From Patescibacteria group bacterium (lineage in GTDB: Bacteria > Patescibacteriota > Minisyncoccia > UBA6257 > 1-14-0-10-40-38), in assembly GCA_038064975.1 (NCBI GenBank), contig JBBTRX010000006.1:79154-143153 (forward strand): a DNA stretch of 64,000 bases, in the 5' to 3' direction. A program made the translations under genes and the position numbers. The notes under the pieces are model-generated. The model worked only from the letters and a program-made list of their open reading frames with translations. It did not search any database and was not told where the DNA came from. The stretch's first letter is position 1; each line of letters opens with the position of its first letter. Of the stretch, positions 26,092-35,889 are shown piece after piece.

Positions 26092-26841
26092 ATGACAACT
26101 ACGCGGTACAGCGTTACCTTAGAGCAGTTTTCGGGCCCTCTGGATAAGCTCCTTGAGCTTATTGAAGCACAACATCTTGATATTACGGATGTAAGCCTTG
26201 CTGCCGTTACGATCGATTTTTTAGAGTACATTAAAAAACTTGAATCCGAAATTCATCCAGCGATTCTCGCCGATTTTTTATCTGTTGCAGCAAAGCTGAT
26301 GCTTATTAAATCAAAAATCCTTTTGCCAGATATTACACTTACGGAAGACGAAGAAAGCGACATTAAAGATTTAGAATCACGCCTCACAATCTACAAACTT
26401 TTTGCGGCGCGAAGCGGCCCGGCAAGTTTAGGACTCCAGGAACTCTGGAATAAAGGACTTACGATGTATTCGCGGCCACTTTTTACTGAACTCGGAGATA
26501 CGACAATTTTTTATCCCCCGAAGACACTGACTGCAGGGGATTTGGTATCGGCACTCCAAAATGTGCTTGCAGCAGTTGAGGAAATTACTCCTCCGGACAA
26601 AGGTAAGGTAAAAAGTATTCTCGTTACGCTTGAAGAAAAAGTGCAGGAACTTATCCATCGTTTTACCCAAGCGGCACGGCAAAGCTTTTCGGAGCTCCGA
26701 GAAAACAAATCTAAATCAGAAATTGTCGTTCTATTTTTGGCGATTCTGCATCTCATGCGACAGAAAGAAATACGTGTTGAACAAGAGGGAGCATTCAATG
26801 ATATAATTATGGAACGCGAAAGTAAGAATATTCATGAATAA
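26092..26841 (+). CDS. scpA: segregation and condensation protein A
   Basis: LDKLLELIEAQHLDITDVSLAAVTIDFLEYI matches the ScpA N-terminus. It is followed by scpB. Confidence 0.8.
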   Translation: MTTTRYSVTLEQFSGPLDKLLELIEAQHLDITDVSLAAVTIDFLEYIKKLESEIHPAILADFLSVAAKLMLIKSKILLPDITLTEDEESDIKDLESRLTIYKLFAARSGPASLGLQELWNKGLTMYSRPLFTELGDTTIFYPPKTLTAGDLVSALQNVLAAVEEITPPDKGKVKSILVTLEEKVQELIHRFTQAARQSFSELRENKSKSEIVVLFLAILHLMRQKEIRVEQEGAFNDIIMERESKNIHE

Positions 26842-27400
26842 TCCGGCTGAACAACCAGAAAACGTAACGGCACGCCTTGAAGCGCTTCTTTTTTCATATG
26901 GGGAGCCAATTTCCCATAAAAAAATCGCCGTCTTTTTAGGCATTGAGGAAGGCAGAGTTGCGGAACACGTTACGGTACTTCGAACAGAACTTATAAACAG
27001 TAATCGCGGTATTGTGCTGGTGGAGGAGGATAATCGCGTCCAGATCGCGACGAAGCCGGAATTCGGAACAATGATGCAGAGTATTATGAAAGAAGAGTTT
27101 TCGGAAAATCTTACTCCAGCAGCGCTTGAAACACTGGCGATTGTGGCTTACGCGGGACCAATACCCAGAAGTTCAATAGATTACGTGAGGGGAGTAAATT
27201 CTAGTTTTATTTTGAGAACATTAATGCTCCGAGGACTTATTGAACGTAATTCCGCTCCGGAAAAAGGTAATGTATTTGTCTACTCTCCCAGTTTTGATTT
27301 TTTGCGCCACCTTGGCCTTTCCAAAAAAGAAGATATGCCGGAATTTGAACGGCTGAGCGGCGCACTACAAAAACTGCAAGGAACGCCTTCACTACAATAA
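26834..27400 (+). CDS. scpB: segregation and condensation protein B
   Basis: Tandem winged-helix repeats with LEALLFSYGEPIS... It overlaps the scpA stop. Confidence 0.8.
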   Translation: MNNPAEQPENVTARLEALLFSYGEPISHKKIAVFLGIEEGRVAEHVTVLRTELINSNRGIVLVEEDNRVQIATKPEFGTMMQSIMKEEFSENLTPAALETLAIVAYAGPIPRSSIDYVRGVNSSFILRTLMLRGLIERNSAPEKGNVFVYSPSFDFLRHLGLSKKEDMPEFERLSGALQKLQGTPSLQ

Positions 27401-28375
27401 ATGTCTCGAACAAATTACCAAAGTCTGCTATTTGCTTTACTCGTCCTCGGTTTTGCGTTGGTTCAAAAAACCGAATCCGGTGCAGAAGAATTTCGTAACC
27501 AACAAGGATTAAAGCTATATGATCCGACGTTTGCTGCAGAAACGATACCCACCACTCGTGAAGCAAATATTATAAACACGGTTCCTCAGGGGAAAAAAAT
27601 GATGGGAAGTGCTCAATCAGTAAGGTTTGTACCCCAAGGAGAGGAGCGGCGGATAACCATGCCGAATTTGAGCGCACAAGCAGTTTTTGCGCGCGATTTA
27701 GGAGGGCCTCGCATCTATGCGGCGAAAGCAAGCGATACCGTGTGGCCAATTGCCTCTATAACGAAACTCATGACTGCTGTGATCGCCGAAGAAATGCTGA
27801 ATGAGGAAAATCTCATCACCTTAAGTGAAACAGCGATAGCGACGGAAGGATTCTCTGGTGACTTTGCACTTCACGACATGTATGCGCTTTCCGATATGAT
27901 TTCTGCGATGTTGGTAATTTCTAGCAACGATGCGGCGTACGCGATCGCGGAATATATGGGATATGATACTTTCGTCGCGGAAATGAATAAAAAAGCGGGC
28001 GTTCTCGGGATGGCACGAACATCGTATGCCGATCCGACAGGACTTTCTCCAATCAATACGTCCACACCGGAAGATATTGAGAAATTAGTAAGCTATATTC
28101 TTGTACATCATCCACATATTTTTGAAATCACAAAACAACCCTCTATTACAGTGCGTGAATTAACGAAAAATCGTGAGCACGTTATCATAAACAATAACGC
28201 TTTTTCCGGACGCCGCGATTTTCTGGGGGGTAAAACCGGTTATCTTGATGAATCGCTTGGAAACCTTATCTCCCTTTTTACCTTTGGGGAAAAACAATAT
28301 CTTATCATTCTTTTTGGATCACAAAGCAGATTTAACGATACGGAAAAAATATATAATGCCATCAGGCAGATTTAG
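27401..28375 (+). CDS. D-alanyl-D-alanine carboxypeptidase (PBP5/6 family, serine-type)
   Basis: SxxK ASITKLMTA, SxN SSND, KTG GKTGY. N-terminal signal peptide. Confidence 0.8.
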   Translation: MSRTNYQSLLFALLVLGFALVQKTESGAEEFRNQQGLKLYDPTFAAETIPTTREANIINTVPQGKKMMGSAQSVRFVPQGEERRITMPNLSAQAVFARDLGGPRIYAAKASDTVWPIASITKLMTAVIAEEMLNEENLITLSETAIATEGFSGDFALHDMYALSDMISAMLVISSNDAAYAIAEYMGYDTFVAEMNKKAGVLGMARTSYADPTGLSPINTSTPEDIEKLVSYILVHHPHIFEITKQPSITVRELTKNREHVIINNNAFSGRRDFLGGKTGYLDESLGNLISLFTFGEKQYLIILFGSQSRFNDTEKIYNAIRQI

Positions 28376-28381
28376 CGGACT

Positions 28382-29431
28382 ATGACAATTCTTTTACTTG
28401 AAGCCATCAAGGTTCTTACGCTCTCTATGGTCGCGTTTATCATAGCGCTCGCGATAACGCCCGTCGTCGCTAATATGCTCACGCGCATGAAGGCGGGGAA
28501 GCAGATTAGAGCAAGCGGTGAGACTCCTATCTATACACGCCTCCATAGCGCGAAAGCAGGTACTCCAACCATGGGAGGAATAATCGTGTGGGGGACCGTT
28601 GCCTTACTCGCGTTTATTATTTTTATTTTTCACGCAATATTTGACGGATTCTGGAGTTATATTAATTTCATTGACCGCGCGGAAACATATCTTCCATTTG
28701 CAGCGATGATTCTTGCGGGAACAATTGGACTCATTGATGACGCACTCGGTATTTTACGCATTGGTCCAAATAACGGCGGCATCTCAGTGCGTCAAAAACT
28801 CGTCGCGTATTTCTTAATCGCTGTTATCGGAGCATTATGGTTTTATTATCGTCTTGATTGGGACACGCTTACGATTCCGCTCGTGGGAAGCATCTCTATA
28901 GGCTGGCTCTATATACCTCTTTTTATATTCGTCATCGTTGCGAGCGCTTTTTCTGCCAATGAAACGGATGGTTTAGACGGTCTTGCGGGAGGCGTTATGC
29001 TTTTCGCTTTTATTGCACTCACAATCGTTGCTTTTGCGCTGGGACGATACCATCTTGCTACGTTCGGAGGAGTAACAATCGGAGCATTGCTCGCATTCTT
29101 GTGGCACAACATTTATCCAGCTCGGTTTTTTATGGGAGACACTGGATCAATGGCGCTCGGCATCACGATGGGAATGATTGCAATGTTTACAAACACTACG
29201 CTCCTACTGCCGTTTTTTGCTCCCATTCTCGTGCTGGAATCCTTATCGGTTGTCATTCAGATCGCAAGCAAGAAATGGCGAGGCAAGAAAGTATTTCTTT
29301 CAACGCCAATTCATCACCACTTTGAGGCTCTAGGATGGCATGAAACCAGAATTACTATGCGTTTTTGGATTATTTCCGCTATCGCTTCCATTTTCGGACT
29401 CGCTATTTTCTTTCTGGACCGCTTACTTTAA
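28382..29431 (+). CDS. mraY: phospho-N-acetylmuramoyl-pentapeptide transferase
   Basis: NETDGLDGLAGG, GDTGSMALG, about 10 TM. Confidence 0.9.
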   Translation: MTILLLEAIKVLTLSMVAFIIALAITPVVANMLTRMKAGKQIRASGETPIYTRLHSAKAGTPTMGGIIVWGTVALLAFIIFIFHAIFDGFWSYINFIDRAETYLPFAAMILAGTIGLIDDALGILRIGPNNGGISVRQKLVAYFLIAVIGALWFYYRLDWDTLTIPLVGSISIGWLYIPLFIFVIVASAFSANETDGLDGLAGGVMLFAFIALTIVAFALGRYHLATFGGVTIGALLAFLWHNIYPARFFMGDTGSMALGITMGMIAMFTNTTLLLPFFAPILVLESLSVVIQIASKKWRGKKVFLSTPIHHHFEALGWHETRITMRFWIISAIASIFGLAIFFLDRLL

Positions 29432-29467
29432 ACAATAGTACTTTCTTAAAATGGTATAATTAAGCCA

Positions 29468-30958
29468 ATGATTTTGATTCGTGGCGGAGTAATTGTTGAC
29501 GGAACCGGCGCTAAACCTTTTACAGGAGATGTAGCGATAAAACACAATCGCATTGTTGCCGTGGGAGAAAAATTTCCACGCGAACATGCTGAAGTTATTA
29601 TTGATGCTAAAGGAGGATACGTTTTTCCGGGTTTTATTGATATTAATACGGAATCAGATCACTATCTCACGCTTTTTACCGAACCGGCGCAAAAAACATT
29701 CCTTCTCCAAGGCGTTACTACAATTATCGGAGGGAATTGCGGCACATCTCTTGCTCCAATCCTTTCAGGGACACTTGAACCGTTTAAAAAATGGACGAGT
29801 ACCGACAAAATAAATATAGGATGGCATTCGGTAAAGGAATTATTAAATATACTTCGAAAACAAAAGCTGGGCGTCAATTTCGGAACGCTTGTGGGATACG
29901 ATACTGTCCGTCATGAGATTGCAGGAGATGATTCGCGAGACCTTACGGAAAAAGAACTCGCTGTGGTCCAAAAATTAGTAGAGAGCGGCCTTAAGGATGG
30001 GGCATTCGGACTCTCTGCGGGTTTAGGCCATGTGCCAGGCAAATTTGTTCCCTACGGAGAACTCGCAAAGATATTAGAGAGCGTTCGCGAAGTAAAGGGA
30101 ATTTTTTCTATCCATCTTCGCAACGAAAAGGAAAAACTTTTTGAATCCATGCGGGAAGCAATCCGTTTTGCCGATGAAACGCGCGTCACCACGCTCGTCA
30201 GCCATTTTCGCCCACTGAAAGGTTTTGATTCTGAATTTAATAAAGCATTGAAGGCAATAGAATTTGCGAGTAAGCGCTTGCAACTCTATTTTGACACCTA
30301 TCCATTTGATACGGCACTCGTTCCGATTTCAGGATTGCTTCCCGAGTGGGCACGGCACAGTACGCTTCGTGAGATGTTGTTCCATCTTTCAAGCCATGAA
30401 ACGGCAAAAAAGATTATGGATTCGTTTCCAGCGTATAGCGCAAAAGATATCACTATTATTCATGCAGATAGCGCACCGTATGCAATTCATAAAACAATCG
30501 GAGAATTTGCAGAAAGCAGGGGGCTCACGATTTCCGAAGGGATTATTGAGCTCATGAAAGTCACGAAACTACGTGCCGCAGTCTTAGTGCGGAGCGTTCA
30601 TATGGATCTCGCGATCCAAAGCATGGCAAGCTCTCGAGCTATTATTGCATCCCACGCCCCAAGTTTTCATGATTCAGAGCACTACGCGAGACTTTCATCC
30701 ACGTTCCCTACGTTTATTGAAATCATGGAAAAAACGGGGATTATGAAGGTTGAGTCAGCTATTCAAAAGATAACATCATTGCCGGCGAAACTTCTCAACA
30801 TTCACGACAGGGGAACTATCGCAGTAGAGAAAAAAGCGGATGTTACGGTGATGCAAAACGGAAAAATCTCCCACGTCATTGTGAACGGTACTCTAGCTGT
30901 GGAAGACGGCACGTCTTTGGGAACCCTTAAAGGAACAATTCTTGAACACGAATCATGA
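29468..30958 (+). CDS. amidohydrolase-superfamily protein, N-acyl-D-amino-acid deacylase (D-aminoacylase)-like with a degenerate HxH metal site
   Basis: MILIRGGVIVDGTGAK...AIKHNRIVAVG...GYVFPGFIDINTESDHY: the canonical HTHxD is replaced by NTESD. GGNCGTS, SIHLRNE and VSHFRP are retained. Confidence 0.7.
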   Translation: MILIRGGVIVDGTGAKPFTGDVAIKHNRIVAVGEKFPREHAEVIIDAKGGYVFPGFIDINTESDHYLTLFTEPAQKTFLLQGVTTIIGGNCGTSLAPILSGTLEPFKKWTSTDKINIGWHSVKELLNILRKQKLGVNFGTLVGYDTVRHEIAGDDSRDLTEKELAVVQKLVESGLKDGAFGLSAGLGHVPGKFVPYGELAKILESVREVKGIFSIHLRNEKEKLFESMREAIRFADETRVTTLVSHFRPLKGFDSEFNKALKAIEFASKRLQLYFDTYPFDTALVPISGLLPEWARHSTLREMLFHLSSHETAKKIMDSFPAYSAKDITIIHADSAPYAIHKTIGEFAESRGLTISEGIIELMKVTKLRAAVLVRSVHMDLAIQSMASSRAIIASHAPSFHDSEHYARLSSTFPTFIEIMEKTGIMKVESAIQKITSLPAKLLNIHDRGTIAVEKKADVTVMQNGKISHVIVNGTLAVEDGTSLGTLKGTILEHES

Positions 30959-32070
30959 TATTTTTCTCTCCACGCAGAACGGGCAGGCATGTTGATTATC
31001 TTATCGTCGCCATTCTCGCGATTTTGGTTATTTTTGGCTTGGTCATGCTGGGAAGCGCTTCGTCTCATCTGGGAGAAACAAGATATCAGGATTCATATTA
31101 CTATCTGAAACACCAAATTATGAGTGGTCTTATTGTAGGAATAGTCGGATTTTTTTTAGGATTAATAATCAACTATACCCTGTATCGAAAAATAGCCCTG
31201 CCGGCACTCCTTATTTCTATTGCGCTTCTTGCGCTCGTTTTCACACCGCTTGGTGTTGACGCAAATAACGCAACGCGGTGGGTGAAGTTAGGCCTCATTA
31301 CGTTTCAGCCCGCCGAAATTCTAAAAATTACCCTCATTATCTATCTCGCAAGTTGGCTTGCAAATTCAAAATCCGAACGCCAGAGAAGCATTACAAAAGG
31401 ATTCATTCCACTTCTTATTGTTCTCGGCGTGGTTGGAGGAATGTTAATCAAACAGCCGGCAACGAGCATCGTTGTAGTCCTTCTTGGGACGGGAATGGCT
31501 ATGTATTTTACGAGCGGAGCAAAGATGACTCATGTGCTTAGTATTATAGGAATCGGAGTGGGAGCAATAGCACTTGTTATTGCTTTAGGGGGAGGATATC
31601 GATTAAATCGAATAAAAGCATTTTTAAATCCGGAACAAAACGCACAAGGATCAGCGTTTCACATTAATCAAGCGCTCATCGCCGTGGGATCGGGTCAAAT
31701 GTATGGAGTAGGATACGGAGAGTCCACAACGAAGCTACAATATCTTCCGGAGCCTATGGGAGATTCTATTTTTGCAATTATCGCCGAAGAGTTCGGTTTT
31801 GTAGGAGCCATTACGTTAGTCGGACTATTTCTCACGCTCGTGATTAGAGTATTTATTCTGGCATGGCGCGCTCCCAGCCGCTTTGCGTCGCTTCTCCTTA
31901 TTGGATTTGCAACGTTAATAGCGGTCCAATCATTTATCCATATTGGCGCAATTTCAGGTATCATTCCTTTAACGGGAATGCCGCTTCCGTTTATCAGCTA
32001 CGGAGGTACTGCGCTCGCGGTATTTATGACTATCGGAGGAATTATTGTTAATATTTCAAAACACGCATAA
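30955..32070 (+). CDS. ftsW: SEDS-family peptidoglycan glycosyltransferase FtsW/RodA
   Basis: Ten-TM protein with SEDS motifs (QPAEILK, GYGESTTKLQYLPEPMGDSIFAII). It lies between mraY and murG. Confidence 0.85.
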   Translation: MIFFSPRRTGRHVDYLIVAILAILVIFGLVMLGSASSHLGETRYQDSYYYLKHQIMSGLIVGIVGFFLGLIINYTLYRKIALPALLISIALLALVFTPLGVDANNATRWVKLGLITFQPAEILKITLIIYLASWLANSKSERQRSITKGFIPLLIVLGVVGGMLIKQPATSIVVVLLGTGMAMYFTSGAKMTHVLSIIGIGVGAIALVIALGGGYRLNRIKAFLNPEQNAQGSAFHINQALIAVGSGQMYGVGYGESTTKLQYLPEPMGDSIFAIIAEEFGFVGAITLVGLFLTLVIRVFILAWRAPSRFASLLLIGFATLIAVQSFIHIGAISGIIPLTGMPLPFISYGGTALAVFMTIGGIIVNISKHA

Positions 32071-32071
32071 C

Positions 32072-33241
32072 ATGGCTCGTGTAAAAAAAATAAAAATTCT
32101 GTTCGCAGGAGGAGGTACGGGAGGGCATATTTTTCCCCTTATCGCAGTAGGGGAACATCTCATGCATCGTATTACGGATGAAGGACTTGTTCCCGATATC
32201 CGCTATTTCGGCTCACCGGGAACGTTCCGCGGGGCGCTTGAAGAAAGCAATATCCGCGTCACTCCAATTGCATCCAGTAAATGGCGAAATTATGTATCAA
32301 TTCTTAACATTCTGGATATTTTTAAATTTGCGATTGGACTCATCCAGTCGTTTTGGAAAGTGTATTGGTTTATGCCGCATGCAGTTTTTACGAAAGGGGG
32401 ACCGGGAACCGTTCCTATTATCTACGCGTGCCGTTTTTATACTATTCCAATTATCGTCCATGAATCAGATGCTATTCCGGGACGCGCAGTACGTATTGCA
32501 GCGAAGCGAGCAAGACGCATAGAACTTTCCTTTCCTGATGCTGCCCCATATTTCCCCAACAACATCCCCTCTCAAGTAACCGGAAATCCCGTGCGTTCAG
32601 ATATTGTTAAGCGCTCCGGCACGACAACAAAAGACGGAGTACGTGCTTCAAAACTAGAATTTGGTTTTAATCCCGATGAACCTGTTGTTTTAGTAATAGG
32701 AGGATCTCAAGGAGCCGCGAAACTCAATGAATTTGTTTTAGAAAATCTTTCCGAACTGCTCGTCCAATTTCAAGTACTTCATCAAACGGGGCTAGAACAA
32801 TTTACGGGGTACAACCAAGAATATTCTTTTATGCACAAAGGAATGAGCGATGAGACGAAGCGCAGATATCATGTTGTGCCATTTTTTAGCCACAATATCG
32901 CATCCGCGTATGAAGCCGCAGATATTGTTATCGCGCGTGCAGGATCAGGGCTTATTTTTGAAATAGCTGCAATGAGAAAACCGGCAATTTTGATACCGCT
33001 GGAGAATTCCGCTCACGATCACCAAAAAATAAACGCGTATGCCTACGCCAAGTTGGGAGGAGCGAGTGTCGTAGAAGAAGATAATATGCTGGGAGGTATT
33101 CTTATTACTGCAATTCAGAAAATTCTTTCTCACGAAGAAATAAAACAAAATATGGCAAATGCCGCCGAAGGATTTTTCCGTCCTGACGCCGCTATGAAGA
33201 TTGGAGACGACATTGTTTCAGTTATTGCGAACGAGAAATAA
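32072..33241 (+). CDS. murG: undecaprenyldiphospho-muramoylpentapeptide beta-N-acetylglucosaminyltransferase
   Basis: KILFAGGGTGGHIFPLIAV and a C-terminal GT-B domain. The ORF could start at 32045, but 32072 avoids overlap with ftsW and matches the conserved N-terminus. Confidence 0.85.
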   Translation: MARVKKIKILFAGGGTGGHIFPLIAVGEHLMHRITDEGLVPDIRYFGSPGTFRGALEESNIRVTPIASSKWRNYVSILNILDIFKFAIGLIQSFWKVYWFMPHAVFTKGGPGTVPIIYACRFYTIPIIVHESDAIPGRAVRIAAKRARRIELSFPDAAPYFPNNIPSQVTGNPVRSDIVKRSGTTTKDGVRASKLEFGFNPDEPVVLVIGGSQGAAKLNEFVLENLSELLVQFQVLHQTGLEQFTGYNQEYSFMHKGMSDETKRRYHVVPFFSHNIASAYEAADIVIARAGSGLIFEIAAMRKPAILIPLENSAHDHQKINAYAYAKLGGASVVEEDNMLGGILITAIQKILSHEEIKQNMANAAEGFFRPDAAMKIGDDIVSVIANEK

Positions 33242-33246
33242 AAAAA

Positions 33247-33282
33247 GGCTACTTCGATCCAATAAGATCGTAGTAGCCTCGT
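33247..33282 (-). terminator. intrinsic terminator of the minus-strand Zn-ribbon gene
   Basis: aggctacttcgatc-caataa-gatcgtagtagcct with a U-tract on the minus strand. Confidence 0.55.
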
Positions 33283-33298
33283 TAATGACTGACTGGTG

Positions 33299-33952
33299 CT
33301 AGGCGATTGTCTCCTGTGCTGCTTCAAGTATCTTGCGTCGTGTGCAGACAGAAATACCCAGATTCCTACGGAATTTCCCGATGGCCTTTGCTGTAAGTCC
33401 AGAGACTTCAGCAATGATCGTATCAGGAAGCCGGCCCAAGAAAGGTGTGAGTTTTTCCATAGGATCAGTGAGTTCTGTATAGAAATAATCAATTCCAATC
33501 TTTGAGAAGGCATTTCTTAGCGTTCCATAGTGAGCCAGGGCGCTATGGTAAACAGCAGAATACTTACGCTCGAACTCTTGAGGATCGAAGTGTCCTCCAA
33601 TTCGTTCCATTTGAGCAATGGTCTGAGAGGCACAATAGAAAGCAAGCTCTACAGATCCTCCACCGCTTCGCCAAATGAGTTTCGGTGTAAAGCGTGTGGA
33701 GCAGCGAGGGCAAGATGTGCTGTAATCGTTGGGATCAGCATTGAAGCCCTGGAGGATTTCCAAAGCAGTCAGCCGTCGACTGCACTTCGGGCAGGTTCCT
33801 TCAGGCTTATAGCTAGCATTACTTCCCACGGTCCCGTGAAGAACGGCAACCAGTTCCAGTCGCAACCCAATGGTTTGTTGGGCCAAGGATTGTCTCTGTT
33901 CGGTAGACAGCCGTTGTTCAAGATGCTGGCGTTGACGTAGACCAAAACCCAT
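33299..33952 (-). CDS. hypothetical protein with Gln/Leu-rich N-terminus, C4 zinc ribbon and C-terminal HTH-like KxR motif, on a GC-richer insert
   Basis: LRQRQHLEQRLSTEQRQSLAQQTIGLRLEL; CPKC...CPRC; LTAKAIGKFRRNLGIS. GC is higher than the flanks, and a 500-bp noncoding gap lies upstream. Confidence 0.45.
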   Translation of the reverse strand: MGFGLRQRQHLEQRLSTEQRQSLAQQTIGLRLELVAVLHGTVGSNASYKPEGTCPKCSRRLTALEILQGFNADPNDYSTSCPRCSTRFTPKLIWRSGGGSVELAFYCASQTIAQMERIGGHFDPQEFERKYSAVYHSALAHYGTLRNAFSKIGIDYFYTELTDPMEKLTPFLGRLPDTIIAEVSGLTAKAIGKFRRNLGISVCTRRKILEAAQETIA

Positions 33953-34468
33953 GACTTTCTCCTGGTAAAGAACTGATTAGAAGAGACTCTCATAGAGAGT
34001 GGAAATATGATAACTTATTTTTATAAAAAGTCAAACTATAGCTCCGTGGATTGCGAACGGAAAATAAAAAAAGACCCCCCGACCGCGCAGTATGCGTGGA
34101 CGGAGGGGGAGAAAAGCCGATGATGCTGATTTTTTCGTGGGCGTATTGGGACACCACTAGGCTTCCTTCAAAGCCAGAATCAACACCATCGGTAGTAATC
34201 GTAAGCAGAGAGTGCCAGTATCCCTGCAGTGGCGAAATACCGAGTAGCCACCATCGTTCTACTATTGAGTGAAAATTGTCCCGTCTTTTCACTCTCTTAG
34301 AGGTAAGGACCTTCTGAGGAAGGAGACTCTAAGTTAGTAGCTCGGCGTCTTTCGAAAAGAGCTAACCCCATAACTGTTCTAAGTATAGCATATCCATAGA
34401 TATTGTCAAGTTTCACCACAAGATATCCAAAAAAGCCATAAAACAAGGTATTATAGAGGAATACACAT

Positions 34469-35884
34469 ATGTCCCCAGAACGTCATATACGGGTGCGAAT
34501 AGCGCCTAGCCCAACAGGATCCCTCCATATCGGAACGGCGCGTACAGCGCTGTTTAACTGGCTTTACGCGCAAAAGCACGGCGGGACGATGATTTTACGC
34601 ATTGAAGATACCGACCGCGAAAGATCCAAACCGGAATTTGAGCAGGACATTATAGAAAGTTTAAAATGGCTAGGTATAACAATTGACGAAGGACCAATCC
34701 GCCAAAGCGACCGAACGGATCTCTATCGGATACGTTTAGAAGAACTTCTTACATCCGGCCATGCCTATTATTGTTTTTGCTCTAAAGAAGAGTTGGAAGG
34801 CGAACGGGCAAGTATGATGTCTCAAGGCATGCCGCCACGCTATTCAGGAAAATGTCGAGCACTTACCCAGCCCGAGGTGCGCGAAAAATTAAGAACCCAT
34901 GCTAAATCAGTTATCCGTTTTAAAATGCCAGAAACCCGCATTTCATTCACGGATATAATTCGCGGGAAAATAGAGTTTGACCTTGGACTGATCGGCGACA
35001 TAGCTATCGCAAAAAATATTGAAGAACCGCTTTATAATTTCGCGGTTGTTATTGATGATCACGATATGCGCATTTCACACGTTATACGAGGGGAGGATCA
35101 TCTCGCTAATACGCCGAAACAAATAGCGATTCAGCGGGCTTTTGGCTTTCCTGATATGCACTATGCACATCTTCCCTTAATTCTTGATAAAGATCGCAGT
35201 AAAATGTCAAAACGCAACGCGGCGACCGCAATTCGTGAATATCGTGAAGCCGGTTACTTGCCCGAGACGATAATCAATTTCATTGCCTTTCTCGGATGGC
35301 ATCCGCAGGACGATAAAGAAATTTTTTCCGCTCGCGAACTTGTCGCGGCATTTAACCTGGAACGCGTACAAAAAGCGGGCGCGGTTTTTAACGTTGAGAA
35401 ACTAGATTGGTTAAGTGGGCAATATATTCGCAGTTTGGCTCCGGAAGAATTAGCAATCCGTATCCAAGAGCATCTTAAACTTGATGCTGATATGGAAAAA
35501 ATAATTCAAGCACTGGGACTTGTCCAAGAACGAATGAAGCGACTCAATGATTTTTCAGATCTCGCGCAATTTCTATTTGAACGGGAAACGTATCACTCGG
35601 AAATACTCGTATGGAAAGAGGGGACGCCTACAGAAACAAAGGATAATCTGGAGGCAATGATAGAAGTATTAGAAACTCTTGCCGAAAAGGCATTTACCCG
35701 CGAAAATATACAAGCGGCACTAGAAACTCTTACGACTGAACGGGGACGTGGCAACGTATTATGGCCGCTTCGCGCCGCACTTTCAGGAAAAGAGGCATCT
35801 CCCGGGCCGTTTGAGATAGCCGAGATCTTAGGTAAGAAGGAATCTCTGGAGAGAATTAATATCGCAATTCGTAAATTAGAATAA
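34469..35884 (+). CDS. gltX: glutamate--tRNA ligase
   Basis: HIGH motif PSPTGSLHIGTART and KMSKS KMSKR. Class I GluRS length. Confidence 0.9.
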   Translation: MSPERHIRVRIAPSPTGSLHIGTARTALFNWLYAQKHGGTMILRIEDTDRERSKPEFEQDIIESLKWLGITIDEGPIRQSDRTDLYRIRLEELLTSGHAYYCFCSKEELEGERASMMSQGMPPRYSGKCRALTQPEVREKLRTHAKSVIRFKMPETRISFTDIIRGKIEFDLGLIGDIAIAKNIEEPLYNFAVVIDDHDMRISHVIRGEDHLANTPKQIAIQRAFGFPDMHYAHLPLILDKDRSKMSKRNAATAIREYREAGYLPETIINFIAFLGWHPQDDKEIFSARELVAAFNLERVQKAGAVFNVEKLDWLSGQYIRSLAPEELAIRIQEHLKLDADMEKIIQALGLVQERMKRLNDFSDLAQFLFERETYHSEILVWKEGTPTETKDNLEAMIEVLETLAEKAFTRENIQAALETLTTERGRGNVLWPLRAALSGKEASPGPFEIAEILGKKESLERINIAIRKLE

Positions 35885-35889
35885 AAATA

